Positions 1-12,408 of a stretch of DNA of 64,000 nucleotides are shown here, piece after piece. The notes beneath the pieces were generated by a model. The model had not been told where the DNA came from. It was given only the letters and a program-made list of their open reading frames with translations, and did not search any database. Position 1 is the stretch's first letter; each line of letters opens with the position of its first letter. The stretch spans positions 22,945,872 through 23,009,871 of the forward strand of contig NC_057743.1 of the NCBI RefSeq assembly GCF_004010195.1, in the 5' to 3' direction. A program made the position numbers and the translations under genes. The DNA is from Chiloscyllium plagiosum (Eukaryota).

Positions 1-1200
1 CCTTCCCTGTTAGGCCCCTTGCATTGAAATAAATGCAGTTTAATTTATTAGTCCTAAACCTTATCCCTGCCTGCCCTGACTGTTTGATTCACTTCTGTTC
101 TCAGCTGTACCCCGTCTCTTTCCTCACTATCTCCCTGGGTCCCACCCCCCCACCTAACTTGTTTAAATCCTCCCAAGCAGTTCTAGCAAATTTCCCTGCC
201 AGTATATTAGTCCCCTTCCGATTTATCAGCCATGCATTCATCTGCTCTATCCTCCTATTCCTGTCCTCACTAGCTCGTAGCACTGGGAGTAATCCAGATA
301 TTACTACCCTTGAGGACCTCCTTTTTAAATTTCTGCCTAACTCTCTGTAATCTCCCTTCAGAGTCTCAACCTTTTCCCTTCCAATGTTGTTGGTTCCAAT
401 GTGGATAATGACCTCCTGCTGGCTCCTCTCTCCCGTGAGAACATTCTGCACCCTCTCTGAGGCATCCTTGATCCTGGCACCAGGGAAACAACACACCATT
501 CTGCTTTTTCTCTGCTGGCCACAGAAACGTCTGTCTGTACCTCAGACTACAGAATCCCCTAACACAATTGACCTCTTGGAAGCCGACGTACCCCTCGTTG
601 CATTAGAGCCAGTCTCAATACCAGAAACTTGGCTGTTCGTGCTCCATCCCCCTGAGAATCCATCACCCCTTAATTTTCCAAAACAGCATACCTGTTTGAA
701 ATGGATATATCCACAAAAGACTCCTGCACTAGGTGCCTACCTCTCTTACCCTTCCTGGAGTTAACCTATCTATGTGACTGTATCTGAGACTTTTCTCCCT
801 TTCTATAATTGCCATCCATCACATACTGTAGCTGTTGCAAATTCCTCATCGCTTCTATTTGTCTCTCCAACCGATCCACTCGATCTGATAAGATTTGCAT
901 CCAACAGCATTTATGGCAGATATAATCCGCTGTAACCCTTAAACTCTCTTTAAACTCCCAGATCTGCAGTGATATGTACTTCTTGTCAAAGGCCATTTTT
1001 GCTCCTTCACAATCTACAGACCCAGAAAATAACACTGTCTTATTCCTCTACAAACACTGCCCCAGGTTAAATTAATAGCTATGGCTTATATTTTAAATTT
1101 AATCAAGAGACTTATCTCCAAAAACATATAATCAAGAAAGAATCCACTGTACCCACTACTGCAGCCTTTCTCTTGGACAGACTTAAAACAACAATTAACT
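1..1200 (-). mobile_element. CR1 LINE 5' part (ORF1: C-x2-C / coiled-coil region plus SGNH esterase domain), degenerate
   Basis: ORF 101..499 reads CFPGARIKD...IIHIGTNNIG...VVISGLLP, typical of the CR1 ORF1 esterase. ORF 766..1035 has CHKC followed by a heptad region. Boundaries approximate. Confidence 0.8.
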
Positions 1201-1718
1201 TCTGATTCTGTGCTGTTAACTTCGCCCAACAGTTCCTCCAAGATTAGTTGTGAATGTCACTGTTTGTTAATTTTCCCAGATGCACTCCGATGTCCAGCGA
1301 AACACAAATTCAAACAGCAAAGGCTGTGCAGGTTTTCTCTCTCTCTCTCCTGCACTGTCCTCATCATGTGCATCCTTTGTCTGCCCTTCTCCCTTTTAAA
1401 CTGCTGTTGTTTTGACTTTTTTTTCCCCAAAGTTACAAAACAATGCAACAGCATATAAAACAGTAATTGTTCCTCCTGGAATTCGAGGAAATCACCTCCA
1501 ACACCTAAAATACCTCAAAAAAAGGAGCAGCTCTTACAGCCAGAAATTGTTCCTGTCCTCCATCTTGGATTACCCAGGATCCTCTCCATTACCCATCGTT
1601 ATAAATCTTTTCTGAACCCTTTCAAGTTTCACATCATCTTTTCTAAAGCATAGAATATTTAACATGAAAATAAACAACTTTTACTCAGTGAGTAACCTGG
1701 ACAGCGGTACTGAAAGAA

Positions 1719-2022
1719 GGCGCAGTGGTTAGCACTGCTGCCTCACAGCGCCAGAAACCCGGGTTCAATTCCCGACTCAGGCAACTGACTGTGTGGAGTT
1801 TGCACATTCTCCCCGTGTCTGCGTGGGTTTCCACCGGGTGCTCCGGTTTCCTCCCACAGTCCAAAGGATGTGCAGGTCAGGTGAATTGGCCATGCTAAAT
1901 TGCCCATAGTGTTAGGTAAGGGGTAAATGTAGGGGTATGGGTGGGTTGCGCTTCGGCGGGTCGGTGTGGACTTGTTGGGCCGAAGGGCCTGTTTCCATAC
2001 TGTAAGTAATCTAATCTAATCT
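1719..2022 (+). mobile_element. HE1-type tRNA-derived V-SINE
   Basis: A box cagtggttagc, B box ggttcaattcc, V-domain tgtggagtttgcacattctccc, (taatc)n tail. Confidence 0.9.
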
Positions 2023-2062
2023 AAAAAAAAACTTTCAAAAGAGAAATTGGCTTAGCACCAAT

Positions 2063-2370
2063 GGGACGGCATGGTGGCTCAGTGGTTAGCAGCAGTGCCA
2101 GGGATCCGGGTTCGATTCCAGCCTCGGGCGACTGTTTGCATGGAGTTTGCACATTCTCCCAGTGTCTGCGTGGGTTTCCTCCGGGTGCTCTGGTTTCCTC
2201 CCACAGTCCAAAGATGTGCAGGTTAGATGAATTGGTCATGCTAAATTGCCGATAGAGTTAGGTGCATTAGTTGGAGGAATGGATCTGAGTGGGTTACTCT
2301 TCAGAGGGTCGGTGTAGACTAGTTGGGCCGAAGGGCCTGTTTCCACACTAGGGAATCTAATCTAATCTAA
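2063..2370 (+). mobile_element. HE1-type V-SINE
   Basis: Same head, core and (taatc)n tail as 1719-2022. Confidence 0.9.
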
Positions 2371-2491
2371 ATACATGCATGGCTATTTGAAAAGACTGGG
2401 GCTGTTGCAGACAGCCTGTCAGGGTTGAACTGGCTATATGTCCTCCCTCTGTTTTGTAAGCATTCTTCGAAAAGGTTTGAAAGCCTGCCCC

Positions 2492-2699
2492 ATGGGTACT
2501 CCAGTTTCTTCCTACAATCCAAAAATGTGCAGGTCAGGTGAATTGGCCATTCTAACTTGCCCATAGTGTTAGGTGCATTAGTTAGGGGTAAATATAGGGT
2601 AGGGGAATGGGTCTGGGTGGGTTACTCTTCGGAGGGTCGGTGTGGATTTGTTGGGCTGAAGGGTCTGTTTCCATACTGTAGGGAATCTAATCTAATCTA
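2492..2699 (+). mobile_element. HE1-type V-SINE, 5'-truncated
   Basis: 3' half of the same SINE with (taatc)n tail. Confidence 0.85.
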
Positions 2700-2854
2700 C
2701 TCATAACAAAGCTCCCCAAACTCAAACTTCTTCTGCTCTTACGTCTTATTTGGGGCAGAAATAAGCAATTTTTTTACACCGTAAGAGAATGCAGATATGC
2801 GGTGAGTGGGTGGAAAGACAGCGATAGGCCGAACGGTTTACGCCCACTATTCAC

Positions 2855-3116
2855 CTTTCGGTCCGAGGCCCATCGAGCCAATGATCTCCTCCGAGCGCCC
2901 GTCCGCGTACATGAACGCGCTGTCCAGCTCGTCGTGCCCATGCTCCATGAACGCGCACACCATGGCTGCGCTTTGCTGTGGATCCGCGCGACGGCCAAAC
3001 TCCATAGTTCCCAGGATGGTTCTGGGCCGCACCTCGGCAGAACATGAAGACATGATGCGGAAAGCCAAAGGACACCCCTTTACCACAGGCCGTGAAGTAG
3101 AAATAATATTCAACAT
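2855..3116 (-). CDS. AKR7A2: Aflatoxin B1 aldehyde reductase (AKR7A family), coding exon 1; remaining exons lie left of the window
   Basis: Translation MLNIISTSRPVVKGCPLAFRIMSSCSAEVRPRTILGTMEFGRRADPQQSAAMVCAFMEHGHDELDSAFMYADGRSEEIIG matches the AKR7A N-terminus (VLGTMEMGRR...GHTELDTAFMY). Phase-1 donor AAG|GTGAAT at 2855/2854. CpG-rich. The A2 versus A3 name is uncertain. Confidence 0.9.
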
Positions 3117-3154
3117 GGCCACACCGGGCAAAGTCCACAAAGTATCAGTCAAAC

Positions 3155-3210
3155 GTGATTGGCCGAAGCGACACTAACCCCGCCCTTTTGAGTATAAATA
3201 CGTCACTGCA
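3155..3210 (-). promoter_or_regulatory. AKR7A proximal promoter (CCAAT, GC box, CRE half-site)
   Basis: On the - strand: CCAAT at ~3157-3161, GGGCGGGG at ~3178-3185 and TGACG at ~3201-3205, just upstream of the ATG. Confidence 0.5.
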
Positions 3211-3374
3211 GCCCACCCACATTACACCCCACACTCAGCTTCTCGAGCATTGCCAGGGAATTTCGCAGAAGTACGTTGTTGTTCCACCACCAAAAGAAAG
3301 AATAAATAACGTGTAGGGTTAAAAAGGCTGTTAATAGATTTCACTGTAAACGGTTTAGTTCTTTATGCAAACAT

Positions 3375-3380
3375 TTTATT
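3375..3380 (-). terminator. Candidate MAD2L2 polyadenylation signal
   Basis: First canonical AATAAA I found on the - strand after the stop at 4023. ATTAAA also at 3423-3428. Confidence 0.5.
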
Positions 3381-4022
3381 TTCAGCATTTTAAAAGTATA
3401 ACAAAAACACAATTCTCAAACCTTTAATTAAAAATTTATAAGATGTCCTTTCATCCAGCGATTCTTCTCGGAACGCCATATAAAATGATGTTTCTGCTCT
3501 CTCCTGGTCGCTAATCTGTCTCTCTAATCCGGTCTGTTCCCTCCTATTTGGTACTGGCTGTAGCCTTTCCCACAGTTGACCAATTCCTTATTGTGGAAAC
3601 TGATGGTTAATTTTGGGAGGGGGACGGAATCTAGACAGTCATTTCGTGCCTTTGTACAGTGTTGAATGAATGGTATCCGAACTATTCAGATAAAAGTTAC
3701 TACATCGTTAAAACAACACCAAATCAAGCAGGAGATAGCTATTTCAAACTCAGATCTGGAACCAAAAATTTACACAAAATTTCATTTTCTCAATTAATGC
3801 AGCACAATACAATGTCCAACTACAAACTATCACTACATTATAAAAGGGTTAAAACCCTTAGGTACCAATTCAGGAATTGGTCCCTAATAATGTTTCATAT
3901 TTAGTGAACTTTGAAAGTTCACTTCCACTCCAAATGTCACTTCAGTAATGAAATATAGCCAGTGTACAGGTATTGGGATCTCCTCTTCATTTTGTATGTC
4001 AAATCATCTATACACAATGACA

Positions 4023-4064
4023 TCAGGATGTTTTCTGAGCTCTCTCTTCAACATATAATTGCAT
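4023..4064 (-). CDS. MAD2L2: MAD2L2/REV7 last coding exon (MQLYVEERAQKTS*)
   Basis: Acceptor ttttatag|ATG, TGA stop. The eight exons total 636 nt = 211 aa plus stop, the same length as human. Confidence 0.96.
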   Translation of the reverse strand: MQLYVEERAQKTS

Positions 4065-4154
4065 CTATAAAAGAGTAAAAACAAATTTAGTGCAACTCCA
4101 AAAATGATGCCATAGTACTACACATACACAGTTTCCTGCAGCATCACTACAATA

Positions 4155-4270
4155 TAGAGTTAGAGTCAGACAGCACGGAAACAGACCCTCCAGTCTAACC
4201 AGTCCATGCTGACCATAATCCCAAACTCAATTCATCCTGCCTGCCGGTGCTTGGCCCATATCCCTCCAAA
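4155..4270 (-). mobile_element. CR1 LINE 3' tail fragment
   Basis: Matches the CR1 3' UTR (gggtctgtttccgtgctgt...gactct) seen in other copies here. Confidence 0.7.
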
Positions 4271-4549
4271 CAGATTTTAAAGAGATATTGGCATCATGTT
4301 CCTGACATAACTCATGAAGTAGCAGTTACAGAAATCTAGGTTAACCATATTGGCTACTGATGATTCAGACATTCTGACAAAGTTAGTTAGATGATGCTAG
4401 TGGCCTCCATTAACACCCCACGTTACCATCTAATCCATTCTTTTGGTCAAGAATTCCTCCAATATCTGACAAGCGTACAATCAAAGGTCATGAGCCACTA
4501 TTGCATGAATCACATACAGAACACACCTCATGAGAAACATAACTATTAC

Positions 4550-4642
4550 CTTTAAGATATCTGATGTCATAGTTTTTAAAGGGATTAGCCGTGGCTCTCG
4601 CATGTTCACCTCCTGTTCATCAGCATGGATCCATGGGAAGTC
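4550..4642 (-). CDS. MAD2L2: MAD2L2 coding exon 7 ([31 protein letters not shown])
   Basis: 93 nt, tag|GAC ... AAG|gtaata; matches the REV7 C-terminal region. Confidence 0.96.
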
Positions 4643-5772
4643 CTACACCAGGAACAAACAAACAAGGCTGAAACATAATCCTAATTGGTGGTTATGATGC
4701 ATTTGTTCTTGGGTTTGGGAAGTTTATTATTATCCTGGATGCCCAGAGACAGCAGTCTGTGTTGGTTGAGCTTGAACTGCTAGTCAGTTATTGTACTGGT
4801 GTTGCTAGAATTTGTTGGATGGCAAACTCCAGGGTATTATCCAATGACAATATTAGATCAAAGATATATATTAAAGCTAGGATAGCGAGCAACTTGAAAG
4901 AAACTTGCAGGTGACACTATTCCACATGGTGTTGCTGCTTTTCGTATTTCAATAGTAGGTCAGAGGACTGTGTGCAGTGTTTCCAGGTCTGGGTTTGAAG
5001 TAGTTGTCTCCTGCATGATTAGGCATTGTTTTAACAATGTAGTAATTTTTTTTTCTGAATAGATTGGAAAGTACTGATACATTATAGAGAGGTTTCTTTT
5101 CATTTCATCAGATGATGTGAGTTTTGCTGGCTCGGTTGCATTTATTTCCAGTCCCCAATTTCACTACAAAAAGGTATGGAGAGCTGTCTTCTTGAAACAC
5201 TGCAGTCAATGCACTATAAGTAGACCCACTATGTTTAAAAAAAAGTTTCAAGATTTTCACCTAGTAACAATGAAGCAATAATAACAACATTGATCCAAGT
5301 CAGACTGACATGTAACTTGGAGAGGGACTTGCAGGATAGGTATTCTCATGAATCAGCAAAGTTAATCACTGCAAAATTCTGAGCCTCTGACCAGCTCCTG
5401 TATAGATGATCCTGCCAATTTCTGGCCAATGATAATCTGGATACTGATGGTTGAAACAAGCTTAACACAGAGGGGAAAGAGGGTGAGTATTGAATTCAGT
5501 TCATGTGCTAAAACATAGATAGATGGCTAATTTGGCGATACAACAAGGGATGCTGGCTACACTGGCCAAGTAAAACTTTGAAATCAAAAAAGCCACTGTG
5601 CACCAGACACAGTACAAACACAACAGCCAGGTGCTAATGACATTAGCATAATGTAAAAGGCACCAGTTATTCTGGACAGACATATCCCAAAACCTTATCC
5701 ACTAATCAAAGGAGAGGCCAAACAGAAAGGCACTGGGTCCTGCTAAACAAAGAAACTAACAATAGCATGCCA

Positions 5773-8115
5773 TAGAACATAGAACAATACAATGCAGAAC
5801 AGGCCCTTTGGCCCTCGATGTTGTGTCGATCGGTGAACTAATCTAAGCCCATCTCCCTACACTATCCCATCATTATCCATGTGCCTGTCCAAGGATTGTT
5901 TAAATCTCCCTAATGTAGCTGAGTTAACTAATGTAGCTTCCATGCCTTTACCACTCTCTGAGTAAAGAACCTACCTCTGACCTCTATCTTAAATCTATTA
6001 CCCCTCAGTTTGTAGCTATGCCCCCCTCATACAAGCTGAAGTCATCATCTTAGGAAAAAGACTTTCACTGTCGACCGGATCTAATCCTCTGATCATCTTG
6101 AATGTCTCTATCAAATCCCCTCTTAGACTTCTTCTTTCAAATGAGAACAGACCCAAGTTTTTCAACCTTTCCTCATTAGACCTTCCCTCCAGACCAGGCA
6201 ACATCCTGGTAAATCCTCCTCTGCACCTTTTCCAATGCGTCCACATCCTTCTTGTAATGGGGTGACCAGAACTGTACACAATATTCCAAGTGAGGCCGCA
6301 CCAGCATTTTGTATAGTTGCAGCATGACATTATGGCTCCGGAACTCAATCCCTCGATCAATAAAACCTAACACACCGTATGCCTTCTTAACAGCACTATC
6401 AACCTGGGTGGAAACTTTCAGAGATCTATGCACATCCACACTACCAAGAATCTTTCCACTGACCCAGTATTCTGCCTTCCTGTTATTCTTCCCAAAGTGA
6501 ATCACCTCACATTTAGCTGCATTGAACTCAATTCTGCAGTTTATCCAGGTTCCCCGCATCCTGCAACATTCTTCCACACTGTCCACTACTCCAATGACTT
6601 TAGTTTCGTCTGTAAACTTACTAACCTAGCCACCTATACCTGCATCTAAGTCATTTATAAAAATGACAAACAGTAGTGGTCCCAAAACAGATTCTTGTGA
6701 CACACCACTAGTAACCAGTTTCCAGGCTGAATTTTTTCCATCAACCACCACTCATTAACTTCTTACAGAAAGTCCGTTTCTCATCCAAACTGCTAAATCA
6801 CCTCAAACCCATGCCTTTGCATTTTCGCCCAACAGCCTACCATGTGGAACCTTATCAAAGGCTTTATTGAAGTCTATGCACACCATGTCAACTACCCTAC
6901 CCCCATCCACATGCTTGGTCACCTTCTCAAAAATCTCAATGAGGGTTTTTGAGACATGTCCAACCCTTGACGAAACCCTATTGACTATCTGCAATCACAT
7001 TGTTACTTGCTAGATGATTATAAATCTTTTCCAAAACTTTTCCTACAAAAGACGTAAAGGTTCACTGGTCTATAATTACCTGGGTCATTTCTATTGCCCT
7101 TCTTGAACAAGTGCACAACATTTGCAATCCTTCAGTCCTCTGATACTAAACCTGTAGACAATGACAACTCAAAGATCAAAGCCGAAGGCACTACACCTCC
7201 TCCCTAGCTTCCCAGAGAATCCTCAGATAAATCCCATCCGGCCCAGGGGACTTGTCTACTTTCGCTCCTTCGAGAATCGATAACACCTCTTCCGTATTAA
7301 CCTTGTTCCTTTCCAGTCTAATATCTCATATCTCATTCTTCTCCTCTACAATATTCTCCTTTTCCTGAGTGAAAACCAATGAGAAATATTCATTTAGCAC
7401 TTCTCCGATCTCCACAGGATACATACAACTTCCCACTTCTGTCTTTGACTGGCCCTATTCCTATCCTAGTCATCTTTTTATTCCTCACATACCTATAGAA
7501 AGCTTTAGAGTTCTCCTATATTCTACCTGCTAAAGACTGCTCATGTCCTCTCTTTGCTCTTCTTAACTCTCTCTTTAAAATACTCCTAGCTAATCTGTAA
7601 CTCTTCATCGCCTTATCGGAACCATCTAGTCTCATCATCACATAAGCCTCCTTCTTCCGCTTAAAAAGAGATGTAACTTCTGTAGTAAACCACGGTTCTC
7701 TTACCTTATAACTTCCTCCTTGCCTGACAGGGACATACCCATCAAGGACATGCAATATCTGCTCCTTAAACCAGCTCCTCATTTCGATTGTCTCCATCCC
7801 CTGCATTTTGCTACCCCATTCTATGCATACTAAGTCTTGCCTTATCGCATTACAATTGCCCTTACCCCATCGATAACTCTTGCCCCGTGGCATGTACCTA
7901 TCCCTTTCCATCGCTAAACTAAACATAATTGAATTATGGTCACTCTCTTCAAAGTGCTCATCTACCACTAAATCAAACATCTGGCCTGGTTCATTACCAA
8001 GCACCAGATCCAATGTGGCCTCCTCTCTTGTTGGTCGACATAATGTGTCGGGAAACCCTCCTGCACACATTGGACAAAAATTGATCCATCCAATGTATTA
8101 GAGTTATAGCATTTC
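5773..8115 (-). mobile_element. CR1 LINE ORF2 (endonuclease end, RT) and 3' tail, frameshifted
   Basis: ORF fragments TLDLVLGNEPG, DFNKAFDKVPHGRLL, LVRPHLEYCVQFWSP; (tatgttc)n tail at ~5775. Confidence 0.9.
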
Positions 8116-10064
8116 AGATGGAGCATCTAAATGATTGACCCTTGTTTCAAACTATTAAGTGTGTCTCCATGACTGGCCAGAATTATACTAAGTTCCAGAA
8201 AACCATCTAAAAGATATAAAAACAGGGTTCACCTGCAGACTTCGCTCTTGGAATCTCGAAGCAAATCAGTACACATGCTGGAAACTGTACTGAAAACAAA
8301 AAATGCTGGAGATTACAGCAAGTCAGACAGCATCCATGGAGAGAGAGCAAGCTAATGTTTTGAGTCTAGAGTTATCTGCTGTGACCTCCAGCCTTTGCTG
8401 TTTTCAGTCGCTTGTGGAATCTTGTTGAGGCCTTGTGAGGAGAACAGCATGGCAAAAGGGAGAGACCAGCTGACCATCCAGAGGGAGAGAGGCAGAAAGC
8501 AGCTTCACAGACCCAGAGACAGAGCCCAAAGAGTGACTGCATAAATTTACAAAAGATTCAGGAATATTGTAACCTTAAGAGGCCAAATAGATTAGAGGTA
8601 GTATGTTTAGTAGTAAAGATTATTGTAATTTTGTTCCAAAGAAAGTGAGACTGTTTTGCATTGGTACTGGCTTGTGTTGGTATTAATTTCACCACTTCGG
8701 TATTGTGGGACACCTGGGCAAATTCATTCATAACATTCTGGTCAGAGTTGTCTAAATTGTTTCAAGGCTAATTGTTGACAGTTCCTGCAGCAACCCCATC
8801 CAAGATGGGGAAATTTCCAAAGCAGTCCTTACTTGCACCATGTGGATGACTTGGATCAAGAGGTGTGTCATTTTTCCTGATCACAATGACAATAGGCAAT
8901 TCAGTTAAGCATATGGACAGTGGTCACGGTCAAAGAAGGTATTTATGGAGCTACCTATTCCCCAGATTTACATAAATGCCCACTGTCATACTCAACATAA
9001 TGTGAAGTATCTACAGAACTTTGCTCTGATGCAGTGACCAGGGAAAGTCTTCATTATCTATAACCAAGTGCTTTTGAGATTTAACACATAGAAAAATAAC
9101 TCACTGCTAGACTATAGACTAAAGTGCCAGAGGATTGACAGTTTGGAATCACTTCTGTTTGCAATGATATAGATGTGGTTTTCAAGTCAGTGGTGTTAAA
9201 ATAGCAGGTGATACAAAAATAGAAGGAATAGTTAATTCTTTAAATTTAAAGGAAGTTACAAAAGAGTATTGCTGAGATCATGGAATGGGCTAACAGAAAG
9301 CAGACAGAATTCAACCTCAGCATGTGTAAAAGTGAAGTATTCTGGGAATCAAATAATCGTTCAAATTGTTTCCAGTTTCGTGACATGAAGTGCAAGACAA
9401 ATTGGCGATGAATAAAATTTGGGATTTAGATCTCAGTTGATTCAAAGTGAGCTAATAGCTTGAAGGGGAAGGAACAATTTATCCAGATAATACAGCTAAG
9501 ATGGTAACCATGATATTGACAGAGGGTGACGGACAAGGTAGAGTTGATGTCGTCAACCTAAAAATGGCAATTAAGTTCATGTCTACGGATTTTGTTAAGG
9601 AGGATAGAGCCAAGGATTGATCAAAGAGGAAACTCTGAAAGCGAGTGTGTAGAAACAGTAAGAGAAACCATTATTGGTTATGCATTGGTGACATTTACAC
9701 AGTCCAAGAGTATTAGCCCTCAAGGACGGAAACAACGAAAGATGATGATATGGCCATCTGTGTCAAACACAAGAAGCGATAATGTAAATCATCACAGAAG
9801 ATCAGCATGGCACAGGTTTTAATTTCAAGGAGTACACAATGCCAGTAAATTTTAAAAGGTGGTGTAATTCAGTTCTTTTTCAATTGGCGAGTGGGACAGG
9901 GGTGTTGCTGGCATAGCCAATATTTGTTGCCTACCTCTACTTGCTCTTGAACTAAGTGGTTAGCTAGGCCATTCAGACAACAGGTAATAGTAAATTTCTG
10001 TGGATCTGGAACCACGTGCCACATGTGAGTACAAGAAAAAGACTGAGTGCTGAGTGGCATGGTA

Positions 10065-10803
10065 GAAAGACAACAATCTCTCCAATGTGAGCAAAAAGAA
10101 GTAGCTAGTAATTGACTTCAAGAAATGGAGTAGAGGGCACACCCCTGTCTTCATCAATTGTGTTGAGATGGAAATGGTCAAGAGCATCAAGTTCATGGGA
10201 ATGATGATCATCAACAATCTGTCCTTGTCCACCCATGTCAACACAACAGTCAAGGATGCCAAACACGACCTCTACTTCCTCAGAACACTAAGGAAATTCA
10301 ACATGTCCACAAAGACCTGTACAACCTTTCATTGATGCATTGCAGAAAGCATCCTATCTGGATGCATCACAATGTGATGTGACAACTGCTCTTCCCAAGA
10401 CAGCCAGAAACTACAGAGAGTCATGAACACCACCCAGTCCATCATGCAAACCAGCCCTCCATCCATTAACTCGATCTATACTTCCTGCTGCCTCAGGAAA
10501 GCAAACAACATAATCAAAGACCCTTACTATCTTGCTTATACTCTCTTCCACCCTCTTCAGTCAGGCAGAAGATATAAAAGTTTGAATACACAAACAAACA
10601 ATTCAAGAACAGCTTCTTCTCCACTGTTACCAGTCATTTCATCAGACCTCCCAAGTGTTAATGTTGAACTCAGTGGGTGAAACTCTCTATTCTGCACACT
10701 GTTTTGCTATCCTAATGCCCTTTATATGATACGATCTGCCTGTATACCATGCAAAACAACACTTTTCACTGTATCTCGGTACCTGTCACAATAATAAAAT
10801 AAA
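10065..10803 (+). mobile_element. Rex1/Babar-like LINE 3' end, degenerate
   Basis: Remnants of NNLSxNVSKxxELVIDFxK, KFxG and RxLYFLRxLRKF, then a 3' UTR ending caataataaa. Confidence 0.7.
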
Positions 10804-11209
10804 CTCAAACATGTAGTTCAGAACAGGTAAGGACAGCAGATTTTCTTCCCTAAAAGACATTAGTGAACTAGATAGGTTTTTGCAACAATCGGTCTACTAC
10901 TATTTGACATACATACTAGCTTTTATATGACTAGCTTTTAAATTCCAGAATTTAAATTTCACCATTTGTTATGGTGGGATTCAAACCCATGTTCCCCAAA
11001 CAGGAGCCTGAGCCTCTAGTGACATCACCACAATGCGACCGTCTTTGAACAAAGGGAATTATTAATAACATAAACAGCCATTAACTTAGTCACACTTGGA
11101 AACAGAATCTCTCCAACTCGAAACATGAATCATATTAACGCTCACTATTAACACATTGCACACCAAAGATTCTATTCCATTGCAGAGTCTACCCAGATAT
11201 TATGCTCAC

Positions 11210-11283
11210 CTTTATCACTTGAATTTTCTCCATATTTCGTGTAGCAACATCGCGGGTATGAACCAACACAGTGAAGGTACAAC
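11210..11283 (-). CDS. MAD2L2: MAD2L2 coding exon 6 ([25 protein letters not shown])
   Basis: 74 nt, tag|GT ... AAG|gtgagc. Confidence 0.96.
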
Positions 11284-11669
11284 CTAGAAATAAACAACAC
11301 AATTCTAATAAATACAAACAAAGGAGATAGACTCGGGGAGAATTTATTTCAGCTTCTGCACTAGAAAATTCCAAAACAATACTAAGAGAGAGTAATGCCA
11401 GTTCAGTAGCACAGCAAAATAATCTACAGAGCCATGCAAATCAAAACGTTGCCAGGCTGAATTCCCAGTGTGTTATTTTCAGGAGGAGAAGTGGTTAAAA
11501 AAAGGTAGAAAGTACTTTCTTATTCCTTCAATCAGATTATACTCAGTCAGTTTTTCCCTGGGTGTCTAGCTGAAGTTGGCAAAATTCATAACTTGGTAAA
11601 ACAATGGGTGAATAATTCATAGCTTGTACAAAGGACTGTGTGTGTTACTGCCACCAAGCATAGACTCAC

Positions 11670-11764
11670 CTGGTGGGTTGCTATCAAGAATTGCATCACA
11701 GACACTGATCTTCAGGATCGATGCTCGAAGGAGCTGCTCAACACGGGAAAGCAGTGAGTCAGAG
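11670..11764 (-). CDS. MAD2L2: MAD2L2 coding exon 5 ([31 protein letters not shown])
   Basis: 95 nt, cag|CT ... CAG|gtgagt. Confidence 0.96.
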
Positions 11765-12307
11765 CTGTAAAACAGCAAATATACATAACAGATGCCACAG
11801 GAAAATCCAATCAATTAAAAATATGGTTGTTTCAAGTGCCCTTTCAATACTCTGTCCTTAACTTCTCTTTCCTCCCTTTCACATCACACTCTTTTGGGCA
11901 TTGCTGAATTAGCATTAAATACTCCCTGGTAGCTAGCCATCAAACGTGAGCCTCAAAAGAGTTTATTTGACTATAGGAAGAGCACAGCCATGTGTGATCC
12001 TGGCCTCACATCTAAAATTCTACATAATTTAGAGAAAATACCGACACAGATTCCAAGGCCCCTCTACTCCCAAATGGTTGATTTTGCTCTTTATCACTTC
12101 CTAATAGTTTTGCAGAGAGCCCTAAGCCAGTCAGTCAGTCATCAGCTTATGTATTCAGATAAACAGTTAGTGCTTCCCTAAGTTTGCCAAATTCCTCAAT
12201 TAATCAGAAAATGGGCTTTCAATTTCTGGCAGGATGGCAGAGGGAGAAAATCATCTCCGTCACAATAAAAGTAGTACAAAAAATTAACAATGCTGAAAAT
12301 ATCTCAC

Positions 12308-12408
12308 CTGACAGACAAGAGAGGAGGTTGTGATATTTCAAAAACAAAGCGCTCTACAGGATGATGCTCTTTATCCAGGATCACTACCACCATCCGATCC
12401 ACTTCATT
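12308..12408 (-). CDS. MAD2L2: MAD2L2 coding exon 4 ([33 protein letters not shown])
   Basis: 101 nt, tag|AAT ... CAG|gtgaga. Confidence 0.96.

Noticed and set aside
1719-1800. tRNA-like A/B boxes as tRNA genes (also in the other SINE copies)
   Set aside because: They are SINE heads continuing into the V-domain and tail; no complete cloverleaf.
8120-8800. Possible old LTR-like sequence with a small inverted-repeat insert at ~8259-8407
   Set aside because: No definable termini, TSD or second copy for the outer element; too degenerate to support a call.
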